Below, piece after piece: positions 36,521 through 46,099 of a stretch of 46,099 nt of DNA. Made by a program: the position numbers and the translations under genes. Under the pieces are notes generated by a model. It had not been told where the DNA came from and searched no databases. It saw nothing but the letters and a program-made list of their open reading frames with translations. Numbering within the stretch: the stretch's first letter is position 1; each line of letters begins with the position of its first letter. Origin of the DNA: Octopus bimaculoides (lineage: Eukaryota); assembly GCF_001194135.2 (NCBI RefSeq), contig NC_068981.1, forward strand, positions 181,631,329 through 181,677,427, given 5' to 3'.

Positions 36521-36867
36521 TACATCCGCTTTTGATGCTAGCATAGGTTGGACAAGTCGGCTCTGTTCGTGTTAAGTTTTTATTCTGAGTAACTCTTTCA
36601 AGGCGTGGCCAGAGAATCACACCCCACTCACGTTTCCTTTTCGTATGGTTTCTTATAGAAAAAAAAAANNNNNNNNNNNNNNNNNNNNNNNNNNNNNNNN
36701 NNNNNNNNNNNNNNNNNNNNNNNNNNNNNNNNNNNNNNNNNNNNNNNNNNNNNNNNNNNNNNNNNNNNNNNNNNNNNNNNNNNNNNNNNNNNNNNNNNNN
36801 NNNNNNNNNNNNNNNNNNNNNNNNNNNNNNNNNNNNNNNNNNNNNNNNNNNNNNNNNNNNNNNNNNN

Positions 36868-37355
36868 ACCATACCATCAGGCCGACCAAAGTTTTGTGAG
36901 TGGATTTGGTAGACGGAAACTGAAAGAAGCCCGTTGTATATATATATATATATATATATACAACGGGCTTCTTTCATTTTCCGTCTTCCAGATCCACTGA
37001 CAAAGCTTTGGTCGGCCTGACGCTATGGTAGAAGACATTTGCTTAAGGTGGGACCGAACCAACCATGTGGTTGGGAAGTAAGCATCTTACCACAGCCACG
37101 CGCACACCTACATCTAAATATATATGTGTGTGCGCGCGGGGGAGTGTCTTTGTCCCCGATCACTGCTTAACAACCAGTGTTGGTGTGTTTACGTCCTCGT
37201 AACATAGCGTTTCGGCAAAAAAGAAAGACCGATAGAATAAATACCAGGCTTTAAAAAGATAAGTGTTGAAGTCTATTCGTTCGACTAAGTTTCCTGAACG
37301 CGATGCCCCAGCATGGTCGCAGTCCATTGATTGAAGGAAATAAAAGACGAAAAGA
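36868..37355. mobile_element. Composite SINE-A with an inverted internal 5' half
   Basis: + body, (TA)n, - body/head, then + 3' half. Confidence 0.8.
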
Positions 37356-39003
37356 ATAGAATAATATAGCAATTGATAATATTACGTACCAGGCAAGGAA
37401 AAAAGTGCTTTATTTTCTACCCTAATATTAACCAAACGTAATGCTCGCCACTTTTCATTTCTGTATTTATTATTCATTTACAAAGAAACCTCTAATCCTG
37501 TTTACTATACTGTCACATATCGATAAAAATCGGGATTAATCATTGTGCAATTGTAATTTGTCCCATAATTCTCTGTCTCTTTATATTTTTCACTTCAACA
37601 GCTTTCGTTCTTTCCTTTCTCTTGTTGGTTCCTCCTCTCCTTCTCTCTTTATTTCTCTCTTTAATTCTGTCTGCATCTCACCCTGTCTGTCTAGCTCTCT
37701 CTTTCTTTCTCTCTCTCTGTCTCGCCATCTATCTATCTTTCTCCTCGTTTCCACACAATGGATTCGTCAAACTGTATGTCACTTTCTTCTCCTGTTGCTT
37801 ATTATTATTCGTGTCATTCATTTCAAAGCTGCAAAACGAAAAGCTAAGTGACTTCTCCCTCCCTGTCTCCTACTCAATAGTTGTCACTCTCTCTGTGTCT
37901 CCTTTCTCTCTCTCCCTCTCATTCTCGCCCTCACTGTCGGTCGGCCTGACTTCCTTTGTTTAGCGATCCCTCTGGTGTTTAACTGAGATATGGAAATACA
38001 CACCCACGCCCATTGCACTAATTTTATTATAAACAAAGTAAGCTGGCATAGCCGTGTAGTTAAGAAGCTCATTTTGTAACCATGTGGTTTTGAGTTCTGT
38101 CCATAGTGCAGAAGTATCTTCTACTATAGCCCTGAGCCGATCAATGTCTTGTGAGTGAATTTGGCAAATGGAAACTGTGTGGAAGCCCATCGTATGTATG
38201 TATGTATGTATGTATGTCATTATTCAGTTTATTTCAAGATTTCTTGCCAATAGAGAAAGAACTGGTTTCTAACCTAGATCCAAGGTTCCTTTATTGGAAT
38301 TTCAACATCAACAACAGGGTATTTTTGTATGTGTGTATGTATGTATGTATGCATGTGCAGATTTGTATGCTTAGGGCCTCTATGGGTCTTAATCCAGCCC
38401 TGATTCTAGGTACTTTTCTCACAGCAGAAAATTATATGGCTTCTCAGTACAGCTGAAGGACGACATCTAGGACTGAAACCAGAGCATGCAATGTTAAAAA
38501 TCAAAGCCATATAATTAAAGTAGGGAGCATATAATATGCAGGGTGATGAGCTGACAGAATCATCAGCAGGTCAGACAAAATACTCAGCTACATTTCATTT
38601 GACCTTTTACATTCTGAGTTCAAATCCCACTGAGGTCAGCTTTGCTTTTTGCTCCTTTGGAGTTTGGGAAAATAAACTACCAGTTAAGTGCAGGAATCAA
38701 TATAACTGACTTGTTCCCCCCACCACCACTTCAAAAATTGCTGGCTTTAAACCCTGCAATGGATCAGCGACCCTTTTCAAGAGAATGTTGCGATCTCAGT
38801 CATTTATACACCATGGAGACTGAGTAAATGGCCATATGAATCCTGAGGCTCAATGTATATATAAAGTAAGGGTGCAAGCTGGTAAAATCATTAACATGCT
38901 GGGCAAAGTGCTTATTGGCATTTCGTCTGTCTTTGTGTTCTGAGTTCAAATTCTGCTGAGGCTGACTTTGCCTTTCATTCTTTCGGGGTCATTAAAATAA
39001 TTA

Positions 39004-39550
39004 CCGTGAAATGGGGTTACTGTGAACACCGGGGTAACTTTGAACAAAATATAATATTTTGTTTCCTCTTTATATTATACAGCTCAAGGTCACACAGTAA
39101 TGCAATTTAAAAATAATTTTCCTTCAGTTGAATGGGCTGATTCATTTTTAAAGCGAAACAAATCCCAATTAGCATCATGCCAGTGCCAAAATATCAAAAA
39201 ATCCAGAGAATGTTTAAGTGCTACAGAAGTATCCTTGTATTTCCAGCACTTAAAAGTAACTCTTACAGTTGATGGAAAACTTATCCCTCCAAATAGCATA
39301 TTCAACTTTTGAACAGAAATAGAAAAAGCATTACTGTTCAAAATAATCCCAAATCAGGGTTTACTTTGAATAGCGACAATTATATTAAAAAAATAATCAA
39401 ATATTGATTGCAGCTTATTTTTTTATTTCAAATATCAGTTTACCTATATAGTGCCCCTAACATAGTCAAATTTAGTTAAGATTGAAAAAAAGATTATGAA
39501 ATTATTGCAATAAGAGGTCTGGAACTGTCCAAAGTAACCCCGTTTCATGG
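39004..39550 (+). mobile_element. Internally deleted pogo-like DNA transposon
   Basis: TIRs ccgtgaaatggggttact / agtaaccccgtttcatgg with TA on both sides; peptide NNFPSVEWADSFLKRN...QNIKKSR...IPPNSIFNF typical of pogo/CENP-B-like transposases. Confidence 0.85.
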
Positions 39551-39854
39551 TACCAGTCGAGCACTGGAATCAATGAAATTGACTTAACCCCGTCCTCAAA
39601 ATTGCTGGCCTTGTACCAAAATTTGAAACCAATATTAGTCATCTCTAAGGTGGCAAACTAGCAGAATTGTTAACATGAGGGACAAAATGCTTAGTGGCAT
39701 TTTGTCCATTTGTACATTCTGAGTTCAAATTCCACTGAGGGTGACTTTGCTTTATATCCTTTAAAATAAGTGCCAGCTGAGCACTAGGGTGGATGTAATA
39801 ACTGACCCCTTCCCCCAAATTATTGGCCTTGTGCCAAAATTTGAAACTAGTATA

Positions 39855-40539
39855 TAGAGGGTGTCCCAAAAGTCACTGATGGGTTTTAATTTTTAGTAAC
39901 TTCCTTAACTTTTCAAATAAATGCATGAAATTTTGATACAATATAAAGGACATAATGGAAATTAATAGGCACAAGTCAAATTTTGCAACACCACTACATC
40001 ACATATGAAAAATGTCATCGTTTAAATGGTAGCCATTTTCAGCTTTGCATGCCCGTGCTCTTTCCAAAACTTGCACCATAACACCCTCAAGAGGTCAATT
40101 TGCCTTTCATCCTTTCAGGGTCGATAAATTAAGTACCAGTTGCATACTGGGGTCAATCTTATCGACTGGCCCCCACCCTCACCAAAAATTTCGAGCCTTG
40201 TGCCTCAAGTAGAAAAGCATTGGGTTGTCCAGAAAATTTGTGGTGATTTTTAAAGGAAAGAAAAAGGTCAATAAATACTTGCCATTACATTTTTTAATCA
40301 ACCAAATATGAACCATTTTGTTGCACAATGCATCTCCATCTTTCCTTTAACTTGAAAATACCCTCTTCCCAGAATTGAGGTGGTTTCATGGCAAATAAGT
40401 CGATAGGTAAGCTATTATAAATCAGCTCAAACTTTCCAGACAACCTAATATATCGTATCAAAATTTCATGCATTTATTTGTAAAGTTAAGCAAGTTATTA
40501 AAAATTGAAACCCCTCAGTGACTTTTGGGACACCTTGTA
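39855..40539 (-). mobile_element. Deleted Tc1/mariner-superfamily element with ~100-bp TIRs and nested insertions
   Basis: gggtgtcccaaaagtcactga / tcagtgacttttgggacacc plus inner IR taaatgcatgaaattttgata; minus-strand C-terminal remnant EGVMVQVLERARACKAENGYHLNDDIFHM*. Confidence 0.85.
40219..40450 (-). mobile_element. Mini-mariner (both TIRs, transposase C-terminus only)
   Basis: ttgggttgtccagaaa / ttccagacaacctaa; minus strand encodes FAMKPPQFWEEGIFKLKERWRCIVQQNGSYLVD*. Confidence 0.85.
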
Positions 40540-41225
40540 TATAAAGTATGTATCCTCTTCAGCTGTTACTCATAAAAATGCAAGACACACATTAAACACT
40601 GATTTATCATTTGCATTCATACATATGTGCTAGACATGTATTGCGTGCTATGAATTCAGGCAGGAAATATCACTGATATGGACAGATGGTATAATAAAGG
40701 AAGCATTTAAGTAGATAACTGATAACTTTTGCATGATTCAGTTGATGAAAACAGGATTGGAAAGCTGAAATATTGAGAAAACTGTTTTTTGGCTCCATCT
40801 TCCTTTCACACACTTACCATCTTGGGCTGGCAGACTTTTGTTAGAATGCTGGATAAAAATGCTTTGCAGTATTTCTTCCTGCTTTACTTTTTCTGAGTTG
40901 AAATGTCATTGCCAAGTTCAACTTTGCCATTCTTCCTTTCGAGAATATGTACCAGTCGAGCCCTGGGATCAATGTATTCAACTGGGCCCACCCAACAATA
41001 TTTCAGGCCTTGTAGTACCTATAAAAGAAATAATGATGATGATGATGAGGATGACAATGATGATGACAACGGCGACGGTGACGATGATGATGATGATGAT
41101 GATATACCTTGTGAGACCTTTGACAACAGGATACTGTCTTCTCTCATAGAATTAACCAGAGCAAGTAAGATCAAGAGACCAAGAGAAGTAAAATATTATA
41201 ATAATGATGATGATGATGATGTGGT

Positions 41226-41270
<45 letters not shown>

Positions 41271-41951
41271 GAGTAACATATATATATAAATATATGCATA
41301 TATCCATCCATATATGTGCATACCTACATCTATATGTATACATACATGCATATATGGGTACAGGACATAAAAAAAAAAACGTTAAACACAATGAGAAACG
41401 AAAACATAAAAACGAACTTTTTTCAAACAACAAAAAAACAAACAAACAGAGAAACAAGACATGCAACATAAAGAGTATACCCCTTCGTCAGTTGTCCCTG
41501 TTTCATCTACTCCGCGTTTTGAAGGCAAGGACAATATGTGACTTCGTTGAAACAGTCCTTCCCGCTAAGCAAATTAAATAAAATTTGGGATTTTTTGTGG
41601 AGAGTGAAAGTGTTAACAAGAACAGGACAGTGAGAACAAGACAGCAAAAACAAATNNNNNNNNNNNNNNNNNNNNNNNNNNNNNNNNNNNNNNNNNNNNN
41701 NNNNNNNNNNNNNNNNNNNNNNNNNNNNNNNNNNNNNNNNNNNNNNNNNNNNNNNNNNNNNNNNNNNNNNNNNNNNNNNNNNNNNNNNNNNNNNNNNNNN
41801 NNNNNNNNNNNNNNNNNNNNNNNNNNNNNNNNNNNNNNNNNNNNNNNNNNNNNNNNNNNNNNNNNNNNNNNNNNNNNNNNNNNNNNNNNNNNNNNNNNNN
41901 NNNNNNNNNNNNNNNNNNNNNNNNNNNNNNNNNNNNNNNNNNNNNNNNNNA

Positions 41952-42335
41952 GAGACGCAATGGCCCAGTGGTTAGGCCAGTGGACTCGCGGTCATAGGAT
42001 CACAGTTTCGATTCCCAGACCAGGCATTGTGAGTGTTTATTGAGCGAAAACACCTAAAGCTCCACAAGGCTCCGGCAGGGGATGGTGGCAAACCCTGCTG
42101 TACTCTTTCACCACAACTTTCTCTCACTCTTACTTCCTGTTTCTGTTGTACCTGTAATTCAAAGGGGCCAGTCTTGTCACACTGTGTCACGCTGAATAAC
42201 CCAGAGAACTACGTTAAGGGTACACGTGTCTGTGGAGTGCTCAGCCACTTGCACGTTAATTTCACGAGCAGGGCTGTTCCGTTGATCGGATCAACTGGAA
42301 CCCTCGACATCATAAGCAATGGAGTGCCAACAACC
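41952..42335 (+). mobile_element. SINE family C
   Basis: Close match to 35341-35682. Confidence 0.85.
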
Positions 42336-42559
42336 ATAGGCCCTGATTGCTTCAAGGGTTTTGAGAAAAAAATTGCATAAACAGAAACCATATGAAAATT
42401 TGATGAATGGACTGTAAGTGTTCTTGGGAGGTAGATCTTATCCCTAACATTTTAAAGCATTTCCACTTGACCTTTAGGGGCCTTGAATAGAGTCAGTTTG
42501 TTGTGAATATCTGGACAAGGGACCTGGTTTTGAGAATAAATCTATTCCTTGATCTGCCA

Positions 42560-42862
42560 TTTCCTACTTCAATGACACATGTCATGAATTGTTTGTCCAT
42601 TCTGCTCAAAGGAGGCTGAGGTCAGCTGGACATGCTCATCCTCATTCAGAGTTGATGCTGCACTCACTACCCCTGTGGGAGCCCCTACATGAACACACTA
42701 GAAGGGAGAAACCTAGGATGACATACATTGATGCCCTGAGGACAGACATGAGTCTCTGGGAGACACAGAACATGGCAGCGATGATGAGGGACAAGGACCG
42801 CTGGAGAAAACTCACCCATTGATCTCAGGAATTTTATCCACCTTAGATAGATAGATAGATAG
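42560..42862 (+). mobile_element. 3' end of a second RTE-like LINE
   Basis: RRLRSAGH...LWEP...RREKPRMTYIDALRTD...MRDKDRWR, then (TAGA)n tail. Confidence 0.75.
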
Positions 42863-43119
42863 AATGTGAATATATAAGCATTGTAAGGTAGCAAGCTGGC
42901 AGAACCATTAGAACACCAGGTAAAATGTTTAGTGGAAGTTCATCTGTTTTTATTGTCTTTATGTTCTGAGTTCAAATTCTGCTGAGGTCGACATTACCTT
43001 TCATCATTTCAGGGTTGATAAAATAAGTACCAGCTGAACACTGGGGCCAATGTAATCGACTTACCCTCCCCCAAGCTTGCTGCCTTTGTACCAAAATTTG
43101 AAACCAATATATAAACAGA

Positions 43120-43585
43120 GTATTCATCATCATCATCATTATTATCATCATCATCATCATTGTTTAACGTCCGTTTTCCATGCTAGCATAGGTTGGACGG
43201 TTTGACTGAGGTCTGGAAAGCCAGGCGGCTGCACCAAGCCCCAATCTGATCTGGCAACGTTTCTACAGCTGGATGCCCTTCCTAACGCCGACCAGTCCGA
43301 GAGTGTAGTAGGTGCCTTTTACGTGCCACCAGCACAGGAGCCAGTCAGACAGGCTTGGCACCGATCATGTTTGGACAGTACTTTTCAGATGCCACCAGCA
43401 TGGGAGCCAGTCAGGGGGCACTGGTATCGATCATGTTTGGACAGTGCTTTTTACATTCCACTGGCACAGGAACCAGTCAGCGGGTATAGGCATCGGCTAT
43501 ATTCAGATGGTGCTTTTTATGTGCCACCGGCACAGGAGCCAGTCAGGAGGCATTAGCATCGGCTACATTCAGGTGGTGCTTTTTA
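43120..43585 (-). mobile_element. RTE 3'-tail copy
   Basis: (cat)n, terminal module and 4-5 tandem units. Confidence 0.85.
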
Positions 43586-44039
43586 ATAGGTTAAATATGG
43601 CTGTAGTATATATTTTGTAATTCCAGAAGAGTTGATTAAACATGGACCCTATTTTACACATAAGCATAACTGAGTAAATAAGACCCTAGTATATATTTTA
43701 TAGATTTCTCCAGAAAGGGGAGAGCACAGTCGATTAATTTGACCTCAGTATATATTTCGTTGGCTCTACAAGTAGGATAAAATACATAATTGACCTTGGC
43801 GAAAATAACAATTAAGAATATTAAATTGACTATGGTTTGCAGAGATAACATTCTCCATGAATTTACTCCTCTCTGTTCTATAAATTATGGAATATTATCA
43901 GCAATTATTACAATTTCTTGACTTTAGTTTATTGATTTGACACATTTCACACAAAAAATGTAGACTTGTTTTGCTTATTGTGTGATAGTCATAGCTGAGA
44001 CTGGGCATCGCATATATGTGTGCTGCACTTATGCGCACA

Positions 44040-44710
44040 TGCATGCATACACACACACACACACATACTCATATACATAAACACACATACATACATACAC
44101 ATACACACACACACACTCTCATACACTCACACACTCACACATGCACACTTATAAATATACATAAACATACATACACACACACATGCACACACACACACAT
44201 GCACACTTACAAATATGCATAAACACATACATAAACACAGACACATGCGCACACACACACTTGCACACTCACAAATATACGTAAACACTCATACATACAC
44301 ACACTCACACATACACACAGACACACACACACACACACACACAAACTTGCACATTCACAAATACACATAAACACACATATATACACACTCACAAATACAC
44401 ATGAATACTTATTCACACTCACATATACGTTCTCACATACACACACATACTCACAAATATACATAAACACATACATATATACACATGCACTCACATATAT
44501 ACATAAACAGACATTCACACACTCACACATAGATGCAAATTTACACACACACACACATTTACGAACACACATGTACATACATACATTCACATATACACAT
44601 AAACATACGCACACAGATACACACATACACATTTTCAAATACATAGAAACACCCATACAAAACACTATCACATAGACACATAAACACACATACACACACT
44701 CACGAATATA
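44040..44710. repeat. Degenerate (CA)n/(TA)n expanse
   Basis: About 670 bp of mostly alternating purine-pyrimidine sequence. Confidence 0.95.
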
Positions 44711-44724
44711 TATAAAATAATATA

Positions 44725-45000
44725 TATGGCACGTAAAAACCACCGGTGGCACATAAAAATCTCCATTCAAGTGTGATCAATGCCAGTGCCTCCTGACTGG
44801 CTTCCATGCTGGTGGCACATAAAAGCACCCACTACACTCTCGGAGTGGTTCGCATTAGGAAGGGCATCAAGCTGTAGAAACCTTGCAGATCAGATTGGAG
44901 CCTGGTGCAGCCTCCAAGCTTTCCTGTCCTCAGTCAAACCGTCCAACCCATGCCAGCATGAAAAATGGATGTTAAAGGACGATGGTGATGATGACGATGA
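44725..45000 (+). mobile_element. RTE 3'-tail copy
   Basis: Same terminal module. Confidence 0.8.
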
Positions 45001-45167
45001 CACAAATTCATAAAAAAGCACACACACACAGACACACATACACACACAAATACACTTGCAAATAAGCACCAACACACAATTACACAAATGCAAACACACA
45101 CAGAAACACACATCCACAGACCCTCGCTAACATGCACACACACAAACACAAACAAACATATACATAG

Positions 45168-45705
45168 GCGTAGGAGTGGCTGTGTGGTAAGTAGCTTGCT
45201 TACCAACCACATGGTCCCGGGTTCAGTCCCACTGCGTGGCATCTTGGGCAAGTGTCTTCTACTATAGCCTCGGGCCGACCAAAGCCTTGTGAGTGGATTT
45301 GGTAGACGGAAACTGAAAGAAGCCTGTCGTATATATGTATATATATATGTGTGTGTATGTGTTTGNNNNNNNNNNNNNNNNNNNNNNNNNNNNNNNNNNN
45401 NNNNNNNNNNNNNNNNNNNNNNNNNNNNNNNNNNNNNNNNNNNNNNNNNNNNNNNNNNNNNNNNNNNNNNNNNNNNNNNNNNNNNNNNNNNNNNNNNNNN
45501 NNNNNNNNNNNNNNNNNNNNNNCCAACATCGCTTGACAACCGATGCTGGTGTGTTTATGTCCCCGTAACTTAGCGGTTCGGCAAAAGAGACCGATAGAAT
45601 AAGTACTAGGCTTCCAAAGAATAAGTCCTGGGGTCGATTTGCTCGACTAAAGGCGGTGCTCCAGCATGGCCACAGTCAAAAGACTGAAACAAGTAAAAGA
45701 GTAAA
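45168..45705 (+). mobile_element. SINE-A (young copy, gap at its microsatellite)
   Basis: CpG-retaining full-length copy. Confidence 0.88.
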
Positions 45706-45977
45706 ACTCACAAAGAAAACACAAACATATAAACACATACACATGCACATATGCACACACACATGTACACACACACACACGTGCACACACAAACACGTAC
45801 ACACACATATACAGACACACACACACACACGCACACATGATATCGATAATGAGTCAAGAGCATGCTGGATGCCAAATGATGATGAAACAATCCTGGTTAA
45901 CAGAAACTAGAGAAAGAAGAAACAAAGACAGTAAACATTAGACTGACTGACCGTTCTATTGCAATCACGGGACTTTT

Positions 45978-45990
45978 CATCATCATCATT

Positions 45991-46022
<32 letters not shown>

Positions 46023-46068
46023 TATGGTCATCATCATCATCATTGCCATTACCACCACCACCACCACC

Positions 46069-46099
<31 letters not shown>
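45978..46099. repeat. (CAT)n/(CAC)n microsatellite
   Basis: Direct observation. (AAT)n tracts also at about 1349, 17725, 34579; (GAT)n at about 41030. Confidence 0.95.

Noticed and set aside
36288-36977. 229-aa minus-strand ORF with poly-Ala/Val/Glu
   Set aside because: Built from a SINE, an N gap and the (CCN)n tract; no coherent coding context.
43310-43585. CRISPR-like repeat/spacer pattern (also 33990-34270)
   Set aside because: Degenerate tandem units of the RTE 3'UTR in a eukaryote; spacers are mutually similar and there are no cas genes.
43685-43765. Extra minus-strand exon (ANEIYTEVKLIDCALPFLEKS)
   Set aside because: Acceptor plausible but donors weak and the peptide is unrecognised.
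44207-44770. 187-aa Cys/Val/Met/Tyr-rich ORF
   Set aside because: Translation of degenerate (TG)n.

Overview
AT-rich, repeat-dense animal genomic DNA with 5 assembly gaps. The SINE/RTE/microsatellite landscape suggests an octopus (inference; no database search run). Almost all ORFs in the supplied track are spurious; the real genes are spliced. (1) The last two coding exons of a DDX42 (SF3b125) DEAD-box helicase on + (2970-3089, 5740-5871), ending KRRKKSRWD*. (2) A complete, convergent 7-exon COMMD3 gene on - (28075 to 10708, 576 nt, 191 aa), rebuilt with consistent GT-AG sites and phases. The rest is mobile DNA: several tRNA-derived SINE families, RTE LINE fragments and tails, mariner/Tc1/pogo relics, piggyBac-, hAT- and Helentron-like non-autonomous elements, Penelope-like fragments and microsatellites. 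Most interesting: a mariner in the last DDX42 intron offering an in-frame splice acceptor and polyA signal; two hammerhead-ribozyme-like cores in Penelope-like fragments, one inside a tRNA-containing foldback cassette; SINE module shuffling; a SINE foldback centred on (TA)n; nested transposons with intact target duplications; and candidate exons of a third, unrecognised minus-strand gene. Homology calls come from recalled sequences and need BLAST/Dfam confirmation. Repeat boundaries are approximate.
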